A stretch of DNA of 64,000 nucleotides from Patescibacteria group bacterium (GTDB lineage Bacteria; Patescibacteriota; Minisyncoccia; Phycocordibacterales; Phycocordibacteraceae). The notes under the pieces are model-generated. The model ran no database searches and was not told the DNA's origin. It saw nothing but the letters and a program-made list of their open reading frames with translations. Position 1 is the first letter of the stretch, and each line of letters starts with the position of its first letter. The DNA lies in the NCBI GenBank assembly GCA_018826905.1, contig JAHJYC010000005.1:46681-110680 (forward strand), in the 5' to 3' direction. Shown here piece by piece: positions 9,768 through 18,281 of the stretch. A program made the translations under genes and the position numbers.

Positions 9768-10742
9768 ATGATACAGCCGACAGCACATCTCGCAGACAAT
9801 CTTTTTGCAAAAGATATAGAAAAGAAACCAACTCGTGATGGATTTGGTACTGGAACAGTTGCGGCAGGAAAAAAAGACAAGAATGTCGTTGTGTTGTGTG
9901 CAGATCTAAAAGAATCAACACGTGCGGAATGGTTTGAAAAGGAGTTCCCTGATAGATTCGTTGAGATTGGTGTTGCTGAGCAGAATCTGGCAACAGTAGG
10001 GAGTGGTATGGCGGCTGTAGGAAAGGTGCCATTTGTTGCGTCCTATGCCGCCTTTTCTCCGGGACGAAACTATGAGCAGATACGAACAACTATTGCGCTG
10101 AATCAACAGCACGTCATTGTGTGTGGTATGCACGCAGGTGTTTCAGTAGGGCCAGATGGTGCAACGCATCAGATGCTTGAAGACATTGGCCTCATGCGTA
10201 TGCTTCCTGGTATGACGGTGCTTGTCCCAGGAGACGCGCTTGAAGCGCACAAGGCAGTGGTTGCTGCGGCAACACATAACGGACCGGTGTATATACGATT
10301 TGGACGCACGGCCTCTCCTGTCTTTAGTACTGAAGAGACTCCGTTTGAAATTGGAAAGGCAGTTCTGCTTTGGGATCACGCAAAACCGCGGGTAGCAATT
10401 ATGTCTACAGGAACACTTTCATACCAGGCACTGCTTGCAGCAAAAGCACTGGCAGCAGAAGGTACTGAAGTCTCTGTACTTCATGTGCCAACAGTTAAAC
10501 CACTTGATACAGAAGCAGTACTCGCTCTTGCAAAACGTGCTGGCCGCATTATCACAGTTGAAGAACATCAGACGATGGGAGGCTTCGGAAGTGCAATTGC
10601 CGAATGTGTTTCAGAACACTATCCAGTGCCAGTGCATCGTATGGGAGTGCAAGACCTGTTTGGACAGTCCGGAGATCCTGATGAATTGATGCAGCACTAT
10701 GGGCTTTCTGCTACTCACATAGTTGAAGCCGTTCGCTCGTAG
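9768..10742 (+). CDS. tkt: Transketolase C-terminal subunit (pyrimidine-binding plus C-terminal domains).
   Basis: 'FVEIGVAEQNLATVGSGMAAVGKVPFVASYAAF' pyrimidine-binding domain. 324 aa. Confidence 0.85.
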   Translation: MIQPTAHLADNLFAKDIEKKPTRDGFGTGTVAAGKKDKNVVVLCADLKESTRAEWFEKEFPDRFVEIGVAEQNLATVGSGMAAVGKVPFVASYAAFSPGRNYEQIRTTIALNQQHVIVCGMHAGVSVGPDGATHQMLEDIGLMRMLPGMTVLVPGDALEAHKAVVAAATHNGPVYIRFGRTASPVFSTEETPFEIGKAVLLWDHAKPRVAIMSTGTLSYQALLAAKALAAEGTEVSVLHVPTVKPLDTEAVLALAKRAGRIITVEEHQTMGGFGSAIAECVSEHYPVPVHRMGVQDLFGQSGDPDELMQHYGLSATHIVEAVRS

Positions 10743-10743
10743 A

Positions 10744-10920
10744 GTGCCGTATACTAAACAGGTGAAGGGAAAGAAACTAAATCTTTACGTCGCGGCACTG
10801 GTTATAACAGTATTCGGTGCCGGAGCAACGATGCTCATTGTTTCTGCAGCGTCTGACGTGGCCGTACCTGAGTACGCAAACGTTGATCCCTTTTCTCCTA
10901 CCGTTGATTTTGGACACTAA
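10744..10920 (+). CDS. Possible small single-TM protein. It may be a diverged member of the pilin-adjacent small-protein family.
   Basis: Open frame after the tkt-C stop. 'KKLNLYVAALVITVFGAGATMLIVS...VPEYANVDPFSP'. Start is uncertain (GTG 10744 / TTG 10723). Confidence 0.3.
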   Translation: MPYTKQVKGKKLNLYVAALVITVFGAGATMLIVSAASDVAVPEYANVDPFSPTVDFGH

Positions 10921-10946
10921 AAAGCCTGCAAAATGCAGGCTTTTTT
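10921..10946. terminator. Bidirectional rho-independent terminator hairpin between convergent genes.
   Basis: 'aaaagcctgca aaa tgcaggctttttt', a perfect stem flanked by A and T tracts. Confidence 0.7.
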
Positions 10947-11945
10947 CTAGTTGAGTTCCGTAAGTGTGTATTCCGGCGGAGCATCTTTTAAGTACGCGTC
11001 CAATGCCTCTCGTGTGAGGAGACCTTTTTGTGCACCCACTTCCTGTACAACTGACATAGAGTTAATAGGGCCCCAGAGGAGTGCCTGGTCTAGAGGGTAT
11101 CCAAGTGCTAGCGCTACAGCAACGGTTGCAGAGAATGCATCTCCCGCTCCGGTGCGTTCAAAGGGGGGACGAGTATCAGGATACATAGGCACGTGTAGTT
11201 TTCGTGCACCGTCATATGCATACGCACCTTCTCGTCCGTCAGTAATAACTACAATCTTTGGGCCAAGCGCGTGAATCTCTTCAAGGAGTACTTTTATGTC
11301 GTGCTCCTCAGGGAGTTCTAAGATGCGCTGAGCTTCTTCTTTGTTTGAGAAGAAAAGCTCGCTTCGTGCGTAGAGGGGAGCCAACGCTTCTTTGCCGATC
11401 TTCATTTGGAATGTTCCCGGCTGGAACACGAGCTTGGTCTCTGGGTGTGCCTCAAGCAATGCAACGAGTGCTTCATGGTACGGAAGAGAATTCTCTGCAA
11501 GTGAAGAAAGGTATATCCATTTCGGGCTCTCAGACAGTTCTGGGACGGTGTATGCAAACTCTTCGTGCTTAACCAAAATAGTGCGCTCACTGCCGTACCA
11601 GAGAACGAAATGATAATTAGTTATTTTCCCTGCCTCCGTCACCATAAGTGAGGTGTCTACCCCCTCTTTCTGAAGTACTTCAATACACTCAGTTCCGTAT
11701 CGATCATCTCCTACATAGGAGCGCAGGGATGCAGGAAGACCAAGACGGCTCGCTGCAACTGCTGCATTTGATGCGTTTCCAACAGCAACGGCGTGTACGG
11801 CGTACTCGTAGGGGATTTTGTCTCCAAAACGCATGCAAATCTCTTTGCTCTCAGGATTAACTCCTGGCGCAACGTGTGCATCTGTAAGGCGAATAAACGG
11901 TTCTGTAACAATGTCGCCTATAGCGAGAAATTCAATGTGTGACAT
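10947..11945 (-). CDS. PfkB-family carbohydrate kinase (ribokinase / fructokinase-like).
   Basis: C-terminal 'GAGDAFSA' PfkB signature. 332 aa. Confidence 0.8.
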   Translation of the reverse strand: MSHIEFLAIGDIVTEPFIRLTDAHVAPGVNPESKEICMRFGDKIPYEYAVHAVAVGNASNAAVAASRLGLPASLRSYVGDDRYGTECIEVLQKEGVDTSLMVTEAGKITNYHFVLWYGSERTILVKHEEFAYTVPELSESPKWIYLSSLAENSLPYHEALVALLEAHPETKLVFQPGTFQMKIGKEALAPLYARSELFFSNKEEAQRILELPEEHDIKVLLEEIHALGPKIVVITDGREGAYAYDGARKLHVPMYPDTRPPFERTGAGDAFSATVAVALALGYPLDQALLWGPINSMSVVQEVGAQKGLLTREALDAYLKDAPPEYTLTELN

Positions 11946-12012
11946 AGAGGTAGTATAGCAAGCTTGTGTACTAAGAGCTGTGGAGTACCTATACAGGCTA
12001 TACTGTTTTCAT

Positions 12013-13008
12013 ATGACCAATCTTTCAGATACAGCGCAGCAACTGGTAGCTCATGGGAAAGGTATTTTGGCTGCAGACGAGAGCTTTTCAACTGCAGACA
12101 AACGACTTCGTGAGTACGGAATAGAGCCGAGCGAAGAAATGCGTCGCAAGTTCCGTGACATGCTTCTCGCGACACCTGGAATTGATACGTATTTGTCTGG
12201 GGTTATTTTGTACGAAGAGACACTAGAGCAAAATGCTGACAATGGAATTCCGTTTGCAACACTTCTTGCAAACGAGCATGTGCTCCCTGGAATCAAAGTA
12301 GATCAAGGACTGGACGAATTCCCCGATTCCCCTGGAGAGAGTATTACTAAAGGATTACTTGGGTTACCGGAACGGCTTCAAGAATACCGAGATACGTATG
12401 GAGCTCGCTTTACGAAGTGGCGTGCAGCCATTCGTATTGAAGGGGATCGTCTTCCAACTTCAGCAATGCTTGTTGAGAACGCGAAGCGCCTTGCAAGCTA
12501 CGCCTACGAAGTACAAAAGGCAGGTATGGTTCCTATGGTAGAACCTGAAGTGCTTCTTGAGGGAGCACACAGCAGACTCCGTGCACGAGAGGTTGTGGAA
12601 ACAACGTTGCATGTACTCTTTGATGCGCTTGCTGAACAGAACGTTGATCTCTCGGGAATACTCCTTAAGACGTCAATGGTGCTCTCAGGAAGCAAGAGCG
12701 GCCGCACGGATACGTCAGAGGAAGTGGCAGAGGACACGCTTGCGGTATTGCTCGCTAGTGTGCCTAAGGAAGTGCCTGGAATTGTATTCCTATCAGGCGG
12801 ACAGGGTCCAGACCAAGCAACTGACAATTTAAGAGCCATTACCGCCAGAGCAAAGGAGGTGCAGGCACCATGGATCCTTACGTTTAGCTACGCCAGAGCC
12901 CTTCAGGAAGAAGCACTTGCTGTATGGAAAGGGAAGGATGAGTATGAGGACGCAGCAAGAGAGGTCTTTATAGGAAGACTTAAAAAAGTCCAAGCCGCTC
13001 TTGCATAA
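12013..13008 (+). CDS. fba: Fructose-bisphosphate aldolase, class I.
   Basis: 'AHGKGILAADES' class-I aldolase signature. The start was set at ATG 12013. Confidence 0.85.
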   Translation: MTNLSDTAQQLVAHGKGILAADESFSTADKRLREYGIEPSEEMRRKFRDMLLATPGIDTYLSGVILYEETLEQNADNGIPFATLLANEHVLPGIKVDQGLDEFPDSPGESITKGLLGLPERLQEYRDTYGARFTKWRAAIRIEGDRLPTSAMLVENAKRLASYAYEVQKAGMVPMVEPEVLLEGAHSRLRAREVVETTLHVLFDALAEQNVDLSGILLKTSMVLSGSKSGRTDTSEEVAEDTLAVLLASVPKEVPGIVFLSGGQGPDQATDNLRAITARAKEVQAPWILTFSYARALQEEALAVWKGKDEYEDAAREVFIGRLKKVQAALA

Positions 13009-13048
13009 CTGTGGTTGAAGAATACCGCAAAGACGGTATGGTGTATTT

Positions 13049-13285
13049 ATGGCTGTTGAATTTAATGAGCCTACCTATACCGCATCTCAGACTGTAGGTG
13101 CAGCGCGCAAACCATCCCTCTTTGTAAGAATCATCTTGAAAACAGGTCTTGCAAAGGATGTGGCACAGGCAGAAAAAGTCCTCCTTATACTGATTTGCGC
13201 CGCATTCCTTGCGGCCCTAGGTATATTTTTTGTAAGTAGCTCTGGAACTTCAGGAGTAGTCCCACTTCCAGAACCGATACTATGA
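13049..13285 (+). CDS. Small single-TM membrane protein, a paralog of 6842..7093 and 42355..42594. It lies immediately upstream of a pilin gene.
   Basis: '...EFNEPTY...ARKPSLFVRIILKTGLAKDVAQAEKVLLILICAAFLAALGIFF...VVPLPEPIL'. A 4-bp ATGA overlap joins it to the next gene. Confidence 0.5.
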   Translation: MAVEFNEPTYTASQTVGAARKPSLFVRIILKTGLAKDVAQAEKVLLILICAAFLAALGIFFVSSSGTSGVVPLPEPIL

Positions 13286-13764
13286 ACAGAAGGAGAAGCG
13301 GATTTACTCTCATAGAGCTTCTCGTGGTGATAGCCATAATTAGTCTGTTGTCTTCTGTGGTGATTGCCTCTCTAAATACCGCACGACTTAAGGGTAGGGA
13401 AGCAAAGCGCCAAGCTGAAATTGCATCAGTTATGCGAGCAATTAGTCTCTATAGGCTAGACAATCCAGGGAGCTACCCACCCATTGGGGGCGACTTGCAT
13501 GGATGTACTACAAACACCTGTTTATCAGTGCTCACCGACGAACTGGTGCCCAAGTACATACAAGAAATTCCCATGGACCCAAAATTTGGTAATACGAGCA
13601 CCGGATATAGGTATTGCAGGAGTGGTTCATACCCAAACGAATATGCAATTTTAAGGCAGAGTGAAAAGACAGGAGCATGGTGTTCGGTCCAAACACCGGC
13701 TCCGGTATCGGGAACATTTTGCTGGCATACTGCAGGGGTGCCTACGTATCCGCGCTGCAATTAA
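13282..13764 (+). CDS. Type IV pilin-like protein.
   Basis: 'SGFTLIELLVVIAIISLLSSVVIASLNTARLKGREAKRQAE'. Confidence 0.8.
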   Translation: MNRRRSGFTLIELLVVIAIISLLSSVVIASLNTARLKGREAKRQAEIASVMRAISLYRLDNPGSYPPIGGDLHGCTTNTCLSVLTDELVPKYIQEIPMDPKFGNTSTGYRYCRSGSYPNEYAILRQSEKTGAWCSVQTPAPVSGTFCWHTAGVPTYPRCN

Positions 13765-13804
13765 CTTGCCTCACAGGCTGTTTTCAGGCATACTCCATTC
13801 CACT

Positions 13805-14440
13805 ATGCACAGCCTTACCGCAACCCCCCGCACTGTTACTGGAAAGACCTCTGAGCTTCTTGCAAAGGACGGCCTTATTCCAGCAATAGTCTACGGTCCG
13901 AAGCAGGACCCTATTACCATTTCTCTTTCGCTTCATGAGTTTGAGGCAGTGCTTCGCCATGGAGGAGAATCTGCGCTTATAGAACTCTCTGGACTTGAGA
14001 AGCCAATGCAGGTGCTTATTCATGATTTGGATCGCGACCCAGTGACCCATACTCCTCGCCATACTGATTTGTATGCAGTTCAAAAGGGAGCAAAGGTAAC
14101 GGTATCAACACAGCTTTCATTTGTGGGTGAGTCTCAGGCAGTAAAAGAAGGTGCAAACCTTGTTAAGGTGCTTCATGAAGTGGAGATTGAATCAGATCCT
14201 TCAAAGATTCCTACTGAGATTGAAGTTGATATCAGCTCGCTCGTTACTCTTGAGGACCAGATCCGCGTATCAGACATTAAGGCCCCAGCAGGTGTTGAAA
14301 TCCTTACTCCTGGAGATGAGATCGTTGCTCTAGCGCAGGCTGTTGAAGAGGAGCCAGAAGAGGAGACGGCTGCTCCTGACATGGACAGTATTGAGGTTGA
14401 GAAGAAAGGAAAGGAGGAAGAGTCTACAGAAAGCGAATAA
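13805..14440 (+). CDS. rplY: 50S ribosomal protein L25 (general stress protein Ctc form) with an acidic C-terminal tail.
   Basis: 'TGKTSELLAKDGLIPAIVYG...' L25 fold signature. The start was set at ATG 13805. Confidence 0.8.
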   Translation: MHSLTATPRTVTGKTSELLAKDGLIPAIVYGPKQDPITISLSLHEFEAVLRHGGESALIELSGLEKPMQVLIHDLDRDPVTHTPRHTDLYAVQKGAKVTVSTQLSFVGESQAVKEGANLVKVLHEVEIESDPSKIPTEIEVDISSLVTLEDQIRVSDIKAPAGVEILTPGDEIVALAQAVEEEPEEETAAPDMDSIEVEKKGKEEESTESE

Positions 14441-14455
14441 CCCTTCATTTTGTGC

Positions 14456-14490
14456 AAAAACCCTCGCATGTATGTGCGGGGGTTTTTGTT
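14456..14490 (+). terminator. Rho-independent terminator after rplY.
   Basis: 'aaaaaccctcgcatgtatgtgcgggggtttttgtt'. Confidence 0.65.
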
Positions 14491-14515
14491 CGTCTGATAT
14501 ACTACGAACTGATTT

Positions 14516-15853
14516 ATGCGAAGATATTTTGTCCTCCCGCTCATACTAGGTGCATTGCTATTAGGTCCTGCACTGCTTTTTGCACAAAGTACTGATTTAA
14601 CAGCGCAAGAGCGTGCGGCGCTTGAACGACAGCTTGCACAGCTTGAGGCTGATATGAAAAAGACGCAGGCTACTATTGATACGCTCTCCTCACAAGGAGA
14701 ATCATTGCAGCGAGACATTGCTATCTTGGATGGAGAAATCAAGAAAGCAAAGTTGCAGGTGCAAACTACTGAAGTTGAAATACGTGCACTCTCTGCAGGT
14801 ATTGTTGTGCACGGGAAAACAATTAACAATCTCTCTGCAAAACTAATTCGCGAAAAGGATTCCCTTGCGCAGATTATTCGCAAAACTGATGCGCTTGACG
14901 AGTACACACTTGTTGAAGCAGTGCTCTCAACAGAAGATCTCTCTGATTTCTTTGCGGATCTAGATTCCTTTGCAAGCATTAAGGCTGCGATGCGGGAATC
15001 GTTTGAAGAGCTTCGCGATACCCGTCAAAAAACAGAAAAAGAAAAGACGGGGCTAGAAGGAGCACGTACTGATCAACAAATACTTAAGTCCGCTCTTTTG
15101 TTGAACCAACAGAAGGTGCAAGCGAAAGAAGCGGAAAAGAAGAAACTACTTGCAGAAACAAAAGGACAGGAGAGTCAGTACCGCCAGCTAAAGTCAGCAC
15201 AGGAACAGACAGCTGCACAGATACGCGCAAAGTTGTTCCCGTTGCGAGACACCAGTGGTATCCAGTTCGGACAGGCTGTTGAGTATGCAAAAACGGCATC
15301 TCGTATAACGGGTGTGCGTCCCGCACTCATTCTTGCAATTCTTTCCCAAGAATCTGATCTTGGAAAGAACGTAGGACAGTGTCTTATAACAAGTCTTGAG
15401 ACAGGAGACGGAAAGGGAAAGAACACAGGAACACCGTTCCCTGGCACCATGAAAGTACCGAGAGACACAGTACCGTTCGCACGCCTCATGAAAGCGGCAG
15501 GACGTGATTGGGCAAACACACCGATATCCTGTCCGCTTCCTGGAGGGTACGGAGGCGCTATGGGACCAACGCAGTTTATTCCTTCAACATGGGAGATGTT
15601 TGAAGGAAAAATAAAGAGCGCACTTGGTGTTGCCGCAGCTGATCCATGGAATGCACTTCATGCAATTACTGCTACGGGACTCTATCTTGCTGACGTGGGT
15701 GCTACATCGGGTACGTATATTGCTGAGCATACTGCTGCCGCTCGCTACTATGCAGGAGGAAACTGGGCTACTTCTGGGCAGGGGTATGGAAACAGTGTGA
15801 TGTCAAAAGCTGCAGCCTTCCAGAAAGACATTGATTTCTTGAACGCTAACTAA
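14516..15853 (+). CDS. Secreted coiled-coil protein with a C-terminal MltB/Slt35-like lytic transglycosylase domain.
   Basis: Signal peptide 'LLLGPALLFAQS'. A long heptad-rich coiled coil (~residues 30-230). C-terminal 'ILSQESDLG...GAMGPTQFIPSTW' matches the ES catalytic motif and the GxMGxxQFMPxTW motif of MltB-type transglycosylases. Confidence 0.7.
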   Translation: MRRYFVLPLILGALLLGPALLFAQSTDLTAQERAALERQLAQLEADMKKTQATIDTLSSQGESLQRDIAILDGEIKKAKLQVQTTEVEIRALSAGIVVHGKTINNLSAKLIREKDSLAQIIRKTDALDEYTLVEAVLSTEDLSDFFADLDSFASIKAAMRESFEELRDTRQKTEKEKTGLEGARTDQQILKSALLLNQQKVQAKEAEKKKLLAETKGQESQYRQLKSAQEQTAAQIRAKLFPLRDTSGIQFGQAVEYAKTASRITGVRPALILAILSQESDLGKNVGQCLITSLETGDGKGKNTGTPFPGTMKVPRDTVPFARLMKAAGRDWANTPISCPLPGGYGGAMGPTQFIPSTWEMFEGKIKSALGVAAADPWNALHAITATGLYLADVGATSGTYIAEHTAAARYYAGGNWATSGQGYGNSVMSKAAAFQKDIDFLNAN

Positions 15854-16044
15854 TAAGAAAGAAGTCTAAAAGACAGGGCGTCTTTGGGGTATTGTCTTGC
15901 GCGTATTTCTCCACATGGACAACAGGGAACACCAATACCTCTCTCCCTTACAGGTATAATAGGAATATGAAAGTAGTACCACGCTTTCGTTATGTTGTGC
16001 GGGGAACACTGTAAACAAGCAATCCCATCTCTTATTTGTGGTAG

Positions 16045-16437
16045 ATGCTCACTATTTCTTTCGCCATGCACATTCTCCGATCCAAACCAGCAATCATTAG
16101 TTTCATAGTGCTGGCATTGGCCGTGCTAGGGCTTCTATACTATTTCCTTATTTTTAAGGAAACAAACCCAAAATCAGTGACTCTCCATACCTACGTCTGT
16201 AGTGATGGATCGTACTATTTCATGCGTGTTGACGACAAAGCGATTGAGGTTGCTGGTGTGCGATACGAGCTTGTTTCAGAAGAGGAAGGTATGCGCTACG
16301 AGGGAACAGGACCGATGGCGTTTACAATTAACGCTCCAGCTCTCAACGTATCGCTTAGAGAATCGGGTGAGGTGATAGCCGCATGCGAGCAAGGTTCAGT
16401 TGAAAGCACTCCCATTCTTGAACTGAAAAATATATGA
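16045..16437 (+). CDS. Hypothetical small membrane-anchored secreted protein (two Cys). It is downstream of, and probably co-transcribed with, the transglycosylase gene.
   Basis: N-terminal TM helix, 130 aa, 4-bp ATGA overlap with the following gene. A weak resemblance to MliC-type lysozyme inhibitors is speculative. Confidence 0.45.
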   Translation: MLTISFAMHILRSKPAIISFIVLALAVLGLLYYFLIFKETNPKSVTLHTYVCSDGSYYFMRVDDKAIEVAGVRYELVSEEEGMRYEGTGPMAFTINAPALNVSLRESGEVIAACEQGSVESTPILELKNI

Positions 16438-18272
16438 CACACATAACTACCGTATCCTTTTTGCATATGAACCGTTCATTCATCTTTCTATTTGTTTTCG
16501 CTTCCTTCTTTTTCGCTCTTGCAACACCACAGGCTCAAGCTTGTCGGTTTACCTGTTCTGTTGGCTCTGGAGGCTACATAGAGACTGGTCCAGGGCGCAC
16601 GGTCTGCCATGCCGGGGATACAGGAGGTGTTGATGCAGCCTGGGAAGGGTGTGATGAGGGGGGTGGCAATGATAGTGGAGGAGGAGGAGGGGGCGGAGGT
16701 GGAGGAGGGGGCGGCAGTAATCCCGACCTTACCGCAAGCGGTATCTCTCCACAGTCAGCAACAGTTGGATTTTCACAGACATATTCTGCGACTATCACGA
16801 ATGGAACTTCGGGGTTTGCGGGCGCGTCAGTTGCTCTCTTCCAGAAGGCAACCAACTCAAGCGGTGCAAATGCGGAAAACATCGGAACTGCCACAACTGA
16901 AAGCCTCGGTGGCGGCGCTTCTAGGAATGTCTCTTTGAGCTATACGCAGGGTTCTGTTGGTACGTTCTACATGAGAGCGTGTGCTGATACCAATAATGCA
17001 GTCGCTGAGACCAGTGAGAGCAATAACTGTGGTCCGTGGACCGCTGTAAACATTCAGCAGGTAACATCTGGCTCAGCGTGTGCGGTAACCACTACGGTCG
17101 GGCAACCAACGCCCTTTACGTTTGATGCAACAGGAAACTTTGCTCCAAGAAACGAAGTACGGTTTGTTGTACGTTGGCAGGGCACTTCTCCTAGTTACTA
17201 CCCTGACGACACGACGTGGTTCACCTCACTTCCTCAGGTCATATCAAATACTTGGAATGCGCCAGGGACATATACCATGACAGCGAGTGCCATGAGTAAT
17301 ATTGCTGGCGGGGGGTTTGCTGACCCGGTCGCTGTCTCAATTAATGGCTCCGGGTACGCTGTGAATCAATCTTGTGTCGTTACGGTGCAGGGTAATGAAA
17401 ACCTACCCGACCTTACGGCAGGGAGCATCTCTCCAACAACAGCACGAGTTGGGCAATCGGTTGCGCTCTCTGGAACAGTTACAAATATAGGAGCGGCTGT
17501 TGCTCCTGCCAGTAACACCTACTTCAGAATCTTGAATAGTGGAGGAAAGCAAATCTACCAAAACACGGTAAATATACCTGCAATACAGCCGAGTGCAGGG
17601 GACACGCGTTCAGTCTCCTACACCTTTACTGCAGAAGGAACGTATCAAGCGCAAATCTGTGGAGACTGGTTTGGATCAGTTACAGAATCAAACGAGAACA
17701 ATAACTGTGGTCCGCTTACCCCGATTAGCGTAACCAGCATCGTGAATGCGAATACCGTGTCTTGTTCAGTAAGTAATACGAATGTAAATCCTGGCGGGTC
17801 AGTAACCTACACAGCAATTCCTTCAGGAAGTGCGACAGGTCCATATACTTGGGTTGCGGACGACGGAGCTACAGGGTTTGGGACTAACGGGACGGCAACA
17901 CGTACCTTTGCTACTGCTGGTAACTACGGCATGCAGGTCTCTGCGACGGTTACCAGTCCTGCACAATGTCCAATTGTTACCGTTGCTGCGTGTGTAGGAA
18001 CACCTACCGTAGAGATTACAGCCACTCCAGCTCGTGTGCGGTCAGGGAGTACAACTACCCTGCGATGGTCAGGAACTGCCATAAACAACACCTGTACTAT
18101 CACGGGTCCTGGCGTGTCTCAAACTGTGTCTGCAGCCTCGTGTACCGTTCCTGAAGGAACTACAAGTTCCGGTACTATCACTACACAGAGTACGTACAGT
18201 ATTAGTTGTGATAACGGAGCAGTTACTGATTCTGTTATCGTGAACGTTATCCCTGAGTTTGAAGAGTTTTAA
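16434..18272 (+). CDS. Secreted surface protein with a poly-Gly tract, two CARDB-like domains (ending 'ESNxNNCGP') and an Ig-like Cys-pair domain. The C-terminus reads ...IVNVIPEFEEF.
   Basis: Signal peptide. 'GGGNDSGGGGGGGGGGGGG'. CARDB motifs 'DLTA.GISP...VTN.G...ETSESNNCGP'. 612 aa. Confidence 0.75.
   Translation: MTHITTVSFLHMNRSFIFLFVFASFFFALATPQAQACRFTCSVGSGGYIETGPGRTVCHAGDTGGVDAAWEGCDEGGGNDSGGGGGGGGGGGGGSNPDLTASGISPQSATVGFSQTYSATITNGTSGFAGASVALFQKATNSSGANAENIGTATTESLGGGASRNVSLSYTQGSVGTFYMRACADTNNAVAETSESNNCGPWTAVNIQQVTSGSACAVTTTVGQPTPFTFDATGNFAPRNEVRFVVRWQGTSPSYYPDDTTWFTSLPQVISNTWNAPGTYTMTASAMSNIAGGGFADPVAVSINGSGYAVNQSCVVTVQGNENLPDLTAGSISPTTARVGQSVALSGTVTNIGAAVAPASNTYFRILNSGGKQIYQNTVNIPAIQPSAGDTRSVSYTFTAEGTYQAQICGDWFGSVTESNENNNCGPLTPISVTSIVNANTVSCSVSNTNVNPGGSVTYTAIPSGSATGPYTWVADDGATGFGTNGTATRTFATAGNYGMQVSATVTSPAQCPIVTVAACVGTPTVEITATPARVRSGSTTTLRWSGTAINNTCTITGPGVSQTVSAASCTVPEGTTSSGTITTQSTYSISCDNGAVTDSVIVNVIPEFEEF
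17406..18272 (+). repeat. Copy A of an ~870-bp dispersed duplication (~85% nt identity to 20689..21558). It encodes a CARDB domain plus an Ig-like domain plus the IPEFEEF terminus.
   Basis: Visual alignment of the two segments. The protein identity is about 90%. Confidence 0.85.
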
Positions 18273-18281
18273 AAACACACT

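Noticed and set aside
16675-16720. The poly-Gly, poly-Pro and (AKK)n tracts as CRISPR-like or non-coding repeat arrays.
   Set aside because: They are in-frame low-complexity coding microsatellites inside long ORFs. They show no repeat-spacer periodicity.
18252-18272. The C-terminal 'IPEFEEF' on two proteins as a PEF-CTERM / exosortase-type sorting signal.
   Set aside because: Both ORFs stop immediately after the motif. No hydrophobic helix plus Arg/Lys tail follows, so it does not fit PEP/PEF-CTERM architecture.
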